Origin: Trichosphaerium sp. ATCC 40318
Lineage: Eukaryota > Protista > Tubulinea
Length of the DNA stretch: 64,000 nucleotides
Direction of reading: 5' to 3'
NCBI GenBank assembly: GCA_038496445.1
Contig: JALMLS010000322.1
Coordinates: forward strand, 992,001 to 1,056,000
Position numbers and translations under genes: made by a program. A model generated the notes under the pieces. That model was not told where the DNA came from, did no database searches, and was given only the letters and a program-made list of their open reading frames with translations. This document shows positions 13,269 to 25,700 of this stretch, in pieces; the stretch's first letter is position 1, and each line of letters opens with the position of its first letter.

Positions 13269-13955
13269 ATGACTACGAAAGAAATCGCTCGTCTCAACAT
13301 ACTCCGTCTTCCTGTAGAGATACAGCTTGATCTTATCGATTTAGACTTTGAAGTGTATATAAAGTGGCCTCTCTTATCAAAACACACGGCAACAACAACT
13401 AGGTTCAATACAGAGCTGAATAAACACGGAAAATGGATAAAAAGCAAACCAAAAGGTAAAAATTATCAAAAAGTGTGCCACCAGTTTTGGAACAATGGTA
13501 AACGACAAGGAGAATGTAAGAGATGGTATGACAATGGTGAATTTAAAGACCAATGTACTTATGTAAATGGTAAGCGAGAAGGAAAGTACAAGGGCATGTT
13601 CGAGAATGGGGCACTATGTCAGTGTAATTATGTCAATAATTGCCGTGATGGAGAGTATAAGTGGTGGTATCATACTGGTCAACTTCAGCTACATTGTAGT
13701 TATAAGGAAGGAAGACGTGAAGGAGAGTACAAACGTTGGTACCATAATGGCCAATTGGAAGTTCAAAATATGTGGATTAAAGGCAAATTAGAAGGTGAGT
13801 GCAAGCATTGGTACCTTGGAGGTCAACTATGGGAACAATGTAGTTATATTAGGGGTAAACTTCATGGCAACTACAAGGAGTGGTATATAAATGGTCAGTT
13901 AAAGAGGGAGCGTACTTATTGCCATGGTGCCCTTTTGCAAACTCACTGTTACTAG
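13269..13955 (+). CDS. Intronless F-box-like/MORN-variant (MORN_2) repeat protein
   Basis: ILRLPVEIQLDLIDLDFEVYIKWPLLSK N-terminus, then about 6 repeats of GEYKxWYxNGQLxxxCxYxxGK. Confidence 0.85.
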   Translation: MTTKEIARLNILRLPVEIQLDLIDLDFEVYIKWPLLSKHTATTTRFNTELNKHGKWIKSKPKGKNYQKVCHQFWNNGKRQGECKRWYDNGEFKDQCTYVNGKREGKYKGMFENGALCQCNYVNNCRDGEYKWWYHTGQLQLHCSYKEGRREGEYKRWYHNGQLEVQNMWIKGKLEGECKHWYLGGQLWEQCSYIRGKLHGNYKEWYINGQLKRERTYCHGALLQTHCY

Positions 13956-14439
13956 CATATCTCCTCTTTCCAATAGTAATGGTTACAAACAAACAATAGC
14001 AAACCATTATACGTTATTAGCTTCGATCCCCTGGATCGCATAGCCGGAGACCCTTCCCATTTATTGTTATTAAATAAGAGTTATCTCTTGTACATTTACA
14101 ACAAATTACGTAAATCTATTGAACTTTTCCTGTCTAAAAAAATCATTACACAAATCCGGTTTTTTTCTCGTTTTTAATAAGTACTTATCTTTCACAAAGC
14201 ACTGCACTATAATTCCATCATATACAATAAGGATGAGTTTATAATTTGTCTTATCGGCTGGGTGATTAATTAGCAATAAGAGCCCATCACTAGCTTAAAC
14301 TGATGGTAACTTGTATCACAATCCTTAGAGTATACTTTTGTTGTTTTAATAAGGAATAGTTCTACTCCATTAATTAATACACCAAACGCGGGTATACGTT
14401 AGTTCTAATAAGGTTTATGTCAGGGTTTTTCAAATTTCT

Positions 14440-16100
14440 GGTTATTTGTGGAGAAATTATTTCTTCATGTCCACTTTTGGAACAGTCTTGCTTCTTCTGT
14501 TTGCTTTTTTAAAGCTTCAAGATGGCCAGCTACACCGAGATTTTAGGCTTCATAACAGACGTACTATTCTCACTATCTATAATAGGTGCTCTCTTTACGA
14601 CTCTCTCATTGTAAGCCATCAACTTTCCGTTGTAGTTTTATTACTTACAAGCCTATTTAGTACCCTTTTCGGTAAGATACGAACATATCCAATCAAGGCA
14701 CTCGAACTGGAAAATTACGAATTCGTCTTCTGATTGTGTTAACCTAGTTAATTATTTACCTGTGTGTTACCATATTCTGTGGTCAGCTAGTGTTTGTGGC
14801 AGGGTGGGATTTATTTTGTTACCAACTTTTTTTTAATCACGTGCTTATACGTTTAAGATTCTCTCATGGTTTAGGAAGCAAGATGTGCGCCGTGATAGGC
14901 GCATTGATACATTTTTTCTTTCTAGCGTACGTCCAACTGCTCATTGTAAGTAGAATCTTACTTATCGTATGTTTAGTAATTTTTTTTGGTACGTGTGCAC
15001 AGTTTTCACAAACCTATAACCAGTTTCAAAACATGTTTTTATTTATTGATTAATCATCGCTGTATTCTTAGGTGCTTCTGTGTTGCGTTCAACTTTTACC
15101 AAGTGCGAGAACAATAAAGCAACGCTTTGAGCGATTAATAAATTATTTAGATGATTGTAAAGAGGAACAGCCGTACCAGAGAACTCGAAAAGTGGTATGT
15201 AATTGAAATATATTGTAGTTGTAAATAACTCTATTTTAAGGTACCACATGATAGGATGGGGTTCGGCTAGTTGTTCGTCTTTTGGTTGTTAATCGTTTTA
15301 GGCATTCCTTTGTTGTTTGTATTGGGCGTTGGCTTGAGTAGATCTTATGGACAGACTCTACAAGGAACAGAAGAAGATCCATACAGGGGAGCGTAAGATA
15401 CAAAGAAAGAAAAGCCTCTGACCTGAATCCTTTAGATGCTACCTTAGGTCTGGATTGGCCGTTTTTCTTGGATTTTTCATTCCTGGACTTATAACAATAT
15501 CTGCAAATGCGGTACAAGCCTTTCTATTGATTTTTCGCTTAAAATTTCTCTCAAGGTTTTGTTCTTCTTTGTCGCATCTGAAATTCATGGTACTCTTTCA
15601 AAGGCTCCTGAAACCGAACAAAGAGAAAAAACAAAGGTAACGCCATTTTGTTGTGTTGTCACGTGATTCTCAACTAAATGAACTAAGGAATTCCGTGTTC
15701 TGCTTAGTATCTTTGTAACAGTAGGACTTACGTGGGTATTCGGATTCATAGCTTCTGTTTTGATACTTGTTGTAACCACAACGACAATACCAGGAGATAT
15801 TTTCGAATTTTTGTTTGCAGTTACAACTCCTTTACAGGCACGTGCTTTTCTAATAATCTACCATTTTGGCTTTATTTTGTACTTGATGGTTTTTTGACAT
15901 GTGCCTATCAGGGATTCTTTATATTCGTGGCATACTGCATCAATAGGAAAGTGCGAAACCAGTGGATCAAGTTTTTTGGAAAATGTTTTCCATGTTGTAC
16001 AGTTGAAGAAAAATCAACGACAAGCTCTGCTACCTTCTCTACCCGTGGAAATACAACTTCAGCAGATCGAAAATCTAACTACAACTCACAAAGAGTGTAA
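14440..16100 (+). CDS. Secretin/adhesion-family (7tm_2-like) G-protein-coupled receptor; 5' end uncertain
   Basis: CAVIGALIHFFFL (TM3), WYHMIGWG-IPLLFV (TM4), FFIPGLI (TM5), VGLTWVFG (TM6), LQGFFIFVAYCINRKVR (TM7), S/T-rich tail. Confidence 0.85.
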
Positions 16101-16801
16101 AACTTCTTGTTATGAATGTAGTCGACATCAAATAAACCAGTGTTAAATACACAGTTCCAACTGTACAACCTTTATTTCCGTTGTGAGGTATCTACAAGAC
16201 ACCTGTATAATCGAGTATATACATATGTGATACTCTCATAGAGTCAGTTAGTGAACATTGAAGATAGTACTGTAAAATTACTCATATTGTTCCGAAAGAA
16301 CAGGAACCCTCAAAATGATAGTTGTTGATTTTCGTTTCGTGGTTACTTTAGCTGGACCAACAAAAAGATGATCTTGTTAGGAGAGTTGGCGCCCCCCCAG
16401 CCATTGGTCTTACGGGTGTACAGTGGGGCACCTTTGTATCATTTTAATTTGATACACTGGCACTGGCCATGTTAATGACAGTGCCGGAATGTACATATAG
16501 CCAGTGTAGTTGGTGCATATGTAGCCAACACTTGGGTCCTGTACTGTACCCTTGGTTGAACTACTGCTCCATCCCCTCCCTCTTTTTTGGGGCTTCTTTG
16601 CAGTGTGTAATTCCTTCCTGATGTATGAAGAAAAGTGAAATATTTATGTACCATTCATTTCTTGATAAAAAAAAAAAGTGGTATTGAGAAATGTTGATAA
16701 AACGCAATTTCCTTCACTCCACTACGTTGCGTTGATGTTTATAAACACTTTGTATGCTCGTTTTACATTGATCAAAGGAATTCGATTTTAGTTTCATCGA
16801 A

Positions 16802-17123
16802 TTCACTGAAATATCCAATCAAATACTTCAAATATGGATAATGCACATTTCAGTACGCTAACAAATGCTTGTGAAAGCTATATACACGCGTGGAAACCTT
16901 AGCGGCAAAGTTTTGGTTCAAAAAACGTGCAACTAAACGATAAATTCTTTTTCTGGTTGTATGTCGGTATCTTCACTGAAATATCAATACTAAATACTTA
17001 AATATGGATAATGCATATTTCCAAATGGCATGAACCCTTGTGCTAGCTATTTTCATGTATTGAGAACCATTTCGGCAGTTTTTTGGTCAAAAAACGTGCA
17101 ACTAAACGCTTAATTACTTTTTT
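16802..17123. repeat. Degenerate direct repeat, two units with ~170 bp period
   Basis: ttcactgaaatatc...aaatatggataatgca...aaaaaacgtgcaactaaacg occurs at ~16802 and ~16972. Confidence 0.8.
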
Positions 17124-17641
17124 CCGTTTAACCCACACTGCAAAGTAGCTAACGCTATTCAAACACTATATAGTGTTTGAAGAATGGTGTCAATAACTTT
17201 TTAGCTTGTTACAAGTAATACTCACAAAGGAAATGGTAATCGAACAAAAACCCTAACAACGTTTCTGAGTATGCTCTGTATGGGTTCTCTTCCCTTTGTT
17301 GGTCCTTTTTTACGATTTATTCTTGTATTAGGGCTTTTTTACACCTATACAACCTAAGTAAGTAGAGATTGGTCAAAGTGTACCTATTTTCTTTTTTGAA
17401 GTTACTAGTCTTGATACCTTGTGTGAGCATAACCCACGCAAACCTCGAGCATTGTTTGGTGTAACATTCTTACTCGTTGAGTATTGTGGTCATGCCGTAT
17501 ATGCTACACCCAAGATTAGATTGGCTGTTATTCGCTTTCCTTCCTGTAGTAATACCTGAAAAGAGTACACAAATATTTCGCAGCTTGCCAAGTTACTAAG
17601 AAAACACTATTTTCAAGCTAATGTGACAATACTGGTCAACT

Positions 17642-18319
17642 ATGGTCTGCAACAAAACACGTGGATCAAAGATGTTTTCGCGAACAATGAAGGCTGCACT
17701 CAAAACCAAGGCACGTCAACACTACGTTGTTTGCTACCACTTATGGATATTTTTACAGCCATACACAACAAACTCGGATAATTATAGTCTACTACAGCTT
17801 CCAATGGAGTTACAGCTTGATATCATTGATTTAGATAATGAAGTGTATATAAAATGGCCATTGTTGTCCTTATACACCGCAACAACTTCAAGATTTGACA
17901 ATGACTTGAACAAGCACGGAAAGTGGTACAGAAATGGAAGATCAACATATATAGCCAATAAGAGACACGGTAGCTCTAAAGAGCTAGCCCATTGGAGACA
18001 TGGTCAACAACATGGAGAATACAAGCGGTGGTATCTTAACACCAATCAATTGTACAAGAAGTGTCACTATTCAAACGGTAAGCTTGAAGGAGAGCACATG
18101 CTGTGGGGTTTAACTGGCCAATTGTACCGGCATTGCCATTATGTCAAAGGTAAACTTCATGGAGAATTTAAAATGTGGTGGTCAAACGGTCAGATGCAAA
18201 AAAAGTGCTCATACAGCAATGGTTGTCAGGAAGGCGAAACGAGAGTGTGGAGTAAAGATGGACAACTGATAAATCACAAAACTTATATTAATGGTAAAGT
18301 AGTAGAAGATCATCTGTAG
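17642..18319 (+). CDS. Intronless F-box-like/MORN-variant repeat protein (paralogue of 13269-13955)
   Basis: LLQLPMELQLDIIDLDNEVYIKWPLLS then GEYKRWY/GEFKMWW repeats; true start uncertain. Confidence 0.8.
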   Translation: MVCNKTRGSKMFSRTMKAALKTKARQHYVVCYHLWIFLQPYTTNSDNYSLLQLPMELQLDIIDLDNEVYIKWPLLSLYTATTSRFDNDLNKHGKWYRNGRSTYIANKRHGSSKELAHWRHGQQHGEYKRWYLNTNQLYKKCHYSNGKLEGEHMLWGLTGQLYRHCHYVKGKLHGEFKMWWSNGQMQKKCSYSNGCQEGETRVWSKDGQLINHKTYINGKVVEDHL

Positions 18320-18621
18320 CAGTACTTCTGTGCTGGGTTTGTTGCATTGGTGTTTGTGGATTTTGGTGTCTACAAGTTCGTTAACTGTTCATAAACTTGA
18401 CACTTGTTTTGGTCTTATGGTAATTTGGGTTTAACATAGTGTAAATGTTCTATGCAAAAGAATATGTGCTATGACTTATAGGAGGTCAATGTCGTTAAGC
18501 TTTTCTTCTCCATTTTGTTAATCTCAAAGTATAGGTTCACTGCACAAAGAATAACACGAGCTTTTGAAACAAGATGTGGATTCTAGTAAACAACATCTTA
18601 AGCTCCTCAGCGTTAATCGAC

Positions 18622-21600
18622 AAATAGCCTTCCATAGCTCAAGCTCAGGTATAATTAGAAATAAAAGTTGAATGCTATAACATTGTAGTGATTTTATTCA
18701 TACACAGTGATTGACTGAAAGTTACATGTGGTACACATACACCAATGGTGTTAAAATCATTTCTTTATCCACTGCATCATAACTGTCAGTTCTCCAGTCT
18801 TTATCTAAATAGAAACATGTGGGTGTTAGTTATTTTGATCACTGGCTGATTAGTTTTAAGGTTTAGCAGACTTACTGGTTTTTTCTTTTTAGCACGTTTG
18901 CTTGGATCTGATAATTTGAATGTACACTCAACAGGTCCATCGGCTTGTTTCATCACAACATCAGTAGACAACACTATTGCTGCCTCTCCCATAAATATTT
19001 CTTTTCCAAATCTGTTCCAATCCCAGCAAACAATAGATACTGTAGCATCAGATTTGCAAGGTCTTTGATAAAGTAAGTAAACACATAGTACAATACAAAC
19101 AAGATATCATTAATCACTATCTTCGACGTACATTTCAAGATTTAATTTATTCCATTTTGGGTTTAAGGTGCTCTTCTTATACTTGGTTTTGGCTTTGTCT
19201 CCTGGAATCACAACTTTGTTTTGTTCAAAAGTAATGTATGGATCACTTGATCTCCCTATTCAAAATGATTAATAAAATTACAGTTGTACATCTGATGATA
19301 CAATAAATATTGTTTAATGAAGAAGATTTGGAAGTGGGAGGAGAATCCATAGTTTTATCCCGTGATGTTGTTTGAAAGAAACTGACAAAAAAAATATCGT
19401 TTTCGTTTAATGTTACGTACTGTCGCACACTATCAGCTTTTTGCCAATGATTTTTGTTATCTTCAATGTTCCTTCAGGTGCTTCTACTTTTGGTTCTGGT
19501 TTTGGGATTGAACCATATTTTACAACATCAGAAAGCTTGTCTGTTGCCTTGGTTTGTGTTAGTCATGTACTAATACTGTTGATGATTGCGTACTGTAATA
19601 CCATCAAGTTTAATCAAGTCTTTTACATACTCTGTCAAAAATGCCTTGTCATCGCAGTAGAACATGACTTTGTGTTTCAAAGCCCATTCTCCTCGAATTT
19701 TTTTAATGAGATCCAATTTCTCCTTTATATCTTCTTCATATTCATCGCTTTCTAATATCAATTTAGATAATACTCAATAGCAGGTATTAGTTATTCTGTT
19801 CAATATGACGAGAAAGGTACAAAGTAACAAGGATGTGCAAAGATGAAAAAATTTTAGGAAAGAGTGTCTTTGGTCCAAACGGTTTTGACTCTTGAGATCT
19901 TATATTAAGAAAACAACGTACCAATATGAACAAGAATGCGTATACTACTAAACAAAACAAATCACGTGTGAGAATAAACGAGAAAAGGTAAAAAAAGAAA
20001 AACAAACTGAAGTGACTACCTTTCTTTGTTTTTAATTGTTTTGTGGACTTTTTCTAGAAGCTTATCGGCCCATTGTGCTAATACGACAAAGTTAAATCAA
20101 AAACAATTAAATAAAAACCAACTTACCATCAGTTTGGTCAGCTACATCACCTTCAAATCCGAAGTCATGGAATTCGTCATCGTCATCATAATCATCTTCA
20201 AATACCACATGACGTGCTACAACAACGCCTTTATGCTGTATTTCACGAATTGTGTTCTTAAAGAAAGGTTAGTCAAGAGACACTACACGTGACTTTAAAA
20301 CATACATTAATCTCATCACCACATGAATATCCAATCCACAAAAGAGTTTCAAAGCAGCAATACCTAATGCACGTGCTATTAATACCAACAAAACAAAACA
20401 TGGTAAAAGATCATACTTGTTCATGTGCTTCGCAATTGATGTTGCGCATGTATTTGGGTGACAGGAGATGTTGTCATTGCTTGCCAAACATTTTCTTACT
20501 GTGTCAGCTTTGGGTTTTGAAGTGTACACCATCACTGGCACCTAAACGTCATCAACAAAACTATTTGAGGGTTTTAAGGTACGTGTATATAGGCGTCTAG
20601 CAACCTTTCTATAAAGTCCTCGTAAGTCATGATGTCACTATCTTCTCCATTTTTCGTTCGATGGCTTGCGCTGCAGATAATTCTCTAGCAATCTATGTTA
20701 ACAAGTTCACAGTCAGAATATCGTTGCTCATCACGTACCCAATGCCACAGAGCGCAGTTGTCCCTAGTAAGATTGCGGTTAGCATTCAGATCGTTGTACA
20801 CCTTCAAAAAAAAAAAAGGAGTTAGGTAAAAACAAAAACTATGATCGCACTTCTTGGTAACTTTTACGTTGAATAAAAAGCAGGTTTTTATTCTCGTTTG
20901 AAGCAGCTTTGATAAAAACACCTGAAACAGGCACGTGTTAGTGAACAGTTGGCTATTTCACAAAGAAAAAAAACAAATATCCGCTAAAACATCATACTAT
21001 TATTTTCTGGGTGAGAATCTAACCACACTATCATTCTAAAAACGATTTGATCAACAACTACAAAAAAAAATTCTAGTTTGTGTACTGCAGGTTCTTGTCT
21101 TGATGCATTACTGTATTGGCAGGGCTTGAACCCACTATATTAAACGCGTGAGTACGGAATAACCAAATTCAAAATGTACAAAGCATAATTTGAACTTTAT
21201 CACTGGACAATAAACCGGTCGCTAACTGAGATAAGCACAACGCGTTTAGGTCGACAACCGCATCAGACAGTCTTCTTTCAATGTCCTAAGCTGTAATTAA
21301 TAGTAACTAGCCTTGAACACAAGTACCATAAAGTCATCTTTAGCAGACTGAATAGAGAACACCTCTCCAAATAATGTAAAGTTTTTGAATTGTTCGACAT
21401 ACTTTTGAGCGTCCTCACAAACTTTAACGAGTCTTGTCAAACAAGCTGATGCGTTTCCTCCCTCCAACGCTTTTCTGTGACTGGGTTCTAGCCATAGTTA
21501 ACACAAAAGGGGCAATAACAAAAGTGAAGGTCATTCTTTAAAACGTACTCTTTAACACGTCATACAAATCTTGTAATCTTTCAACAAGACTACGACATAG

Positions 21601-21752
21601 CCCCCTGTTACTCTTTATGCCTTGGTAAATATCTACTACTAGTTGAATAATACTAGTTATCTTCTCAACAATGTCAATAACGCCTAGATCTGCCTCCATC
21701 AGTGTTGTGTGTTGTAAAGATTGAAGTTTAGCGCACGTAACCAATCATTGAA
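18622..21752 (-). repeat. Right arm of the inverted segmental duplication
   Basis: Reverse complement of 7652-10830; lacks a ~65 bp segment present in the 3' flank of the left arm. Confidence 0.95.
18757..21699 (-). CDS. MLKL/HeLo-like four-helix bundle + two REC-like domains + C2 domain protein, copy B
   Basis: Same exon/intron layout as 7709-10618; starts MEADLGVIDIVEKITSIIQLVVDIYQGIKSNRGLCRSLVERLQDLYDVLK; C2 exons almost identical to copy A. Confidence 0.8.
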
Positions 21753-22799
21753 TAGCCTTTACTGATTACGATCTACTGCTGTTTTGCGTTTAAATTACTG
21801 TTAACAGAATGGTACTTGCTAAAACACGTGACTGTGAAAAGTATTATACGTATCATTCAAGTTTGCTAATCTTTGCAACTTTTTGCTGTTTGTGACTTTT
21901 GGTTTTCGTGTTTAGTCAGATCTGACAGATCTTGTTGGTTCTTGCAAGACCTGTTAAAAACTACGAGATCTGAAAGGATCTTGTCAGTTCTGCAAAACTA
22001 AATCCACATCCGTAGCATGAACAGATTATTGCGACACACGTGTTTTTAGCCAAATATGTTTTATTTGGTGCATTAGCAAGTAGTGCTGTTGGCGTCTCTG
22101 AGACCTTTCAGGTATAGCACTTGTCTCATATACTCCAAAACGGATTGTTACACTATGCTAATGCCGTACACTTAGCGCAAGATAGTAATGGTTGTCAGGA
22201 AGGAGAAAGAAAAGTGCTCTATCCTCAAATCATGGAGGACAAATTGTCAGTCTACTACTTCAGAACATAAACAAGAGGCTGTTGGTGACAAGCATTGTTA
22301 ACATCTATCTTTAAGAAACAAGAACCATTGAAACACCTTCTTCGCTTGAGGTGCTATTGAGCAAAGTCGTAAGTCCACAAGCTGCTATTTAAACAGTTTT
22401 CTCTGGCTACAATGAAAAGGACCTGATCACAATATTGGGAAGTGTTACTGAGCACATGCACTACACTCAGAGAAAGCAGCATTCCGAGATTTTTTGTACA
22501 TGGAAAGAAGAGAAACAATGTGGCTGTCACATTACTTCAAGTTTTTTTGTAGTTTTGCACGTGAAAGACCATTTTATTTTTTAGTCATTGTTGTAGTTAT
22601 TGCGCTACTGTACTCAATGTAGCGTACCACTTAAGGGAGTTAAGTCTTCTTCAATCTTATACAAAGACGTATAACGCCATATTGAAAAGTACATGTCCAA
22701 TTATACTCAAGACCATCCGTCACGTAAGTACAAAGCAGATAGGACCTTTATTTTTGTTAAAAACTTTCCAAAACGAAAAGGAAGCTTCTAAATCATTGT

Positions 22800-25700
22800 A
22801 GATAAAACACAAGAGCATATGGAATTCTTAATTGAGAAAATAAAACAAAACGATTACGCTAGCACGATATGCGATTTCTCAGTTGCGTCTCCGAAAAAAT
22901 TTGTTTTACTTTAGTTATCTTCACGCAGTATTTATTGTCTGACGCTATTGTTTAAGGGATATGGATATAAAATATGCCAGATGCTTTCGAAATGTTTAGG
23001 AGCTAACACATACGTTAAAGAACTCCACCTACAGCAGAATTCTCTTCGTGGTAAGGTCAGTTGATACGTAAAAGTTTAAAAAACGGAAAAGAAATTCCCT
23101 TTTTTTTTTATCAAACGCACGTGACCTTTTGTAAAAAAAGGAAATTATGGCTTGTTTCGATCTTATCGATGGTATAGTTCTTAGTACAAATTAGGATTTA
23201 CGTTACATGAAGAAGGTCTTGATGGCAAACAATTCATTGTCGTCTCTGCTCTTGGCAGTGCGTGTTTTTTACTTTTTTAATTAAAATCATGATGACGTTA
23301 TTCGTAGTCAAATAAAATAAGGTCCGAAGGATGTGATATCATATCAGGTGCGAGAAGCCTACGCACACAATTGGATTTAACCCACATTAATTTTAGAATA
23401 CCTTATGGATAGTGCATGTTCGTTGAGGGAGCTGGACATTAGCAAGAACAGCATAGGTATGTAAAACAAACTCAAAAAAAAAAATTAAACACTAAGTCTG
23501 GCAGGTCGCTCTGCTACAAGAAAGCTTGGAAAGGTAAGCTAGTGTACAACGATAATTGATAGTCTATTAATTCATAAAAAGGCGCTGGCGATCAATACTA
23601 CACTCTCCAGCCTAAACATAAGTGCACGTTTTATGTTTTTTTCCATTATATTTTTTCTAAAGTTCTATTTTAGTTTAACACTTTTGGCACTGAAGCTATA
23701 TCGAGTATGTTAATTGTCCCAACGCATATGGAGTTTCTAAATATTCTAATAGAGCTTGCATCTTCACTTAAAATAAATACAACCCTGGAAGAACTTAATA
23801 TTGCTTACACATGTGATCAAATTCGTGAGTTTTTTGATTTGTCTTGGCTTGTTAACGACTTACTCAAAGTAAAGAACTCCGCGATTTATCTTCTCTGACA
23901 AACATAACTTCCTTAAATATTTCCAATAACGACCTTGGTCGCATTCCTACAAGCATCGGATACTTAAAGCGTTCGTATTATTTTCTTTATTTTTCTTGGA
24001 TTTATTTTTGACATACTTGTGTTTACTCCTGATTTGATAGGTCTTGTATCACTTGATTTATCTAAAAATAATCTCGAAGAGTTACCTTTATCTTTGGGTA
24101 ATCTAACAAATTTAACTAAGCTTGTACTTGATGATAATCCGCTCACTAAAATCAATCAGAAGATAAGAAAGAAGTAAGATTGAAATTTCTAAACAAATTA
24201 TTCATTGACGTTTTTCTTTTTGTGTAGGGGTCCTGATAGTATCATTAAGTATTATAGAGATTCTCTATCTATTTCCAAGAAGCCTTGGACGAAAGTCAAG
24301 GTTGTTATCATTGGTAGCGAGAAAGTATCAAACCTCCTTTTATTCAGTTTCTGATTTTTTATTGATTATTTAGGCAGGAAAGACACATCTTGTTCGTAGA
24401 CTACAGGTACACCCATTCACTTTCTTTGGAGATGATTATCTAAAGGACATGTATAGAAAAGAAAATATGGTTTAGATGAGATGAGCACTGAATGTATTGA
24501 AGTTGCTTCGATAGGCTCAAAGAGCCTCGCTCTAAATGTTTTTGACTTGGGTACACTTTCCACTCTACAAATCTCCTATCTTCATTCTCGCTTAAAAACT
24601 GCAAAAAACGGTTGCTTTAGACCGTTACAACGTCAAATTTTCGAAGAAAAAAACATGTGTATTAATCCCTATTTAGGAGGTAGCCAAGTATTTCGTTTAA
24701 CACATAGATTCTTCTTTTCAATGGGATCTGTATATATCATTGTACTAGATGCAACTAAATCACAAGATGAATCTTCTTCAACGTCTACTTATTGGATAAG
24801 ACAGATAAAAGAGGTACACCACAAACAAACAAGTGAAAAAAAAACCATTCACCTAAATTACTTACAAGGCTTGTGGATTGACAATCATAAAAGTGAACAC
24901 TCATTTGGACTGTGTACTAAAGCCATGGTGTTAGGTTTTTACGTTATAACTTACTTGTGTAGGTATCAAGCGATGATGACTATACAGTGCCCTCATTTGA
25001 GGAACCAAGTACAAGCCTTTCTAAACAACTGAAGTTAGCGCCTTGTTTCGAAACAACAATAAGCTGTAAAACTAGTGAGGTATGCCACATTTAAGTTTCT
25101 TCCTCTCAGTCTTCATGAATGTTAGTACTAAGTATTCCATAGGGTATCCCAAAACTTCGTGCTAAGATAAGAGAAGTCGCAATGAAAGTTCCAATATTTG
25201 GTCAACAAATACCAAAATATTACTGGGTATGGTTTTTTTGACCTTTTCACGGTTTCTGTTTAATTCTAGTATTTAGGATTTTGAAAAGAAGTTATCACAG
25301 AGAACTGAGAAGTTGTTATACTGGAGTGAAGTTAAAAAAATGTCAACAGTGACTGAAAAACAGCTTGAAGACATGCTTCAATTTTTTACAATTGTTGGAT
25401 CTGTTATCTGGTATAATAAGGTATTCTGGGCCACTTCACGCCCTTGTCTATCATTTGACTAAATTCCATCGTGTATGGTTATTAGGGATCTCTAAAAAAT
25501 CTGATTATTCTTGACGCTCAGTGGTTGTCTGACTTATTGGATTCATTACTTAACGTTAATATTAAGATGCCGAATTGTTTATTAAACCATGACGATATAA
25601 TTAATTTATGGAAAGGGAAATACTCTAAAGCTATTTATCGTATATTATTTAAGCTGTTGGAGCACTTGGAACTAATATTTCCACTTGAAGGTACGGCCAC

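Noticed and set aside
13269-13955. YwqK-type antitoxin / toxin-antitoxin module
   Set aside because: That label commonly attaches to any MORN_2 repeat protein; there is no adjacent toxin and the context is eukaryotic.
13269-18319. Integrated giant-virus genome segment
   Set aside because: No viral core genes (capsid, polB, packaging ATPase, primase); the virus-like genes are single and interleaved with intron-rich host genes.
8792-20600. Short antisense ORFs repeated in both arms (8792-9040, 9751-9933, 19441-19755, 20289-20600)
   Set aside because: They are conserved only because the DNA is duplicated; they lie opposite real exons and introns.
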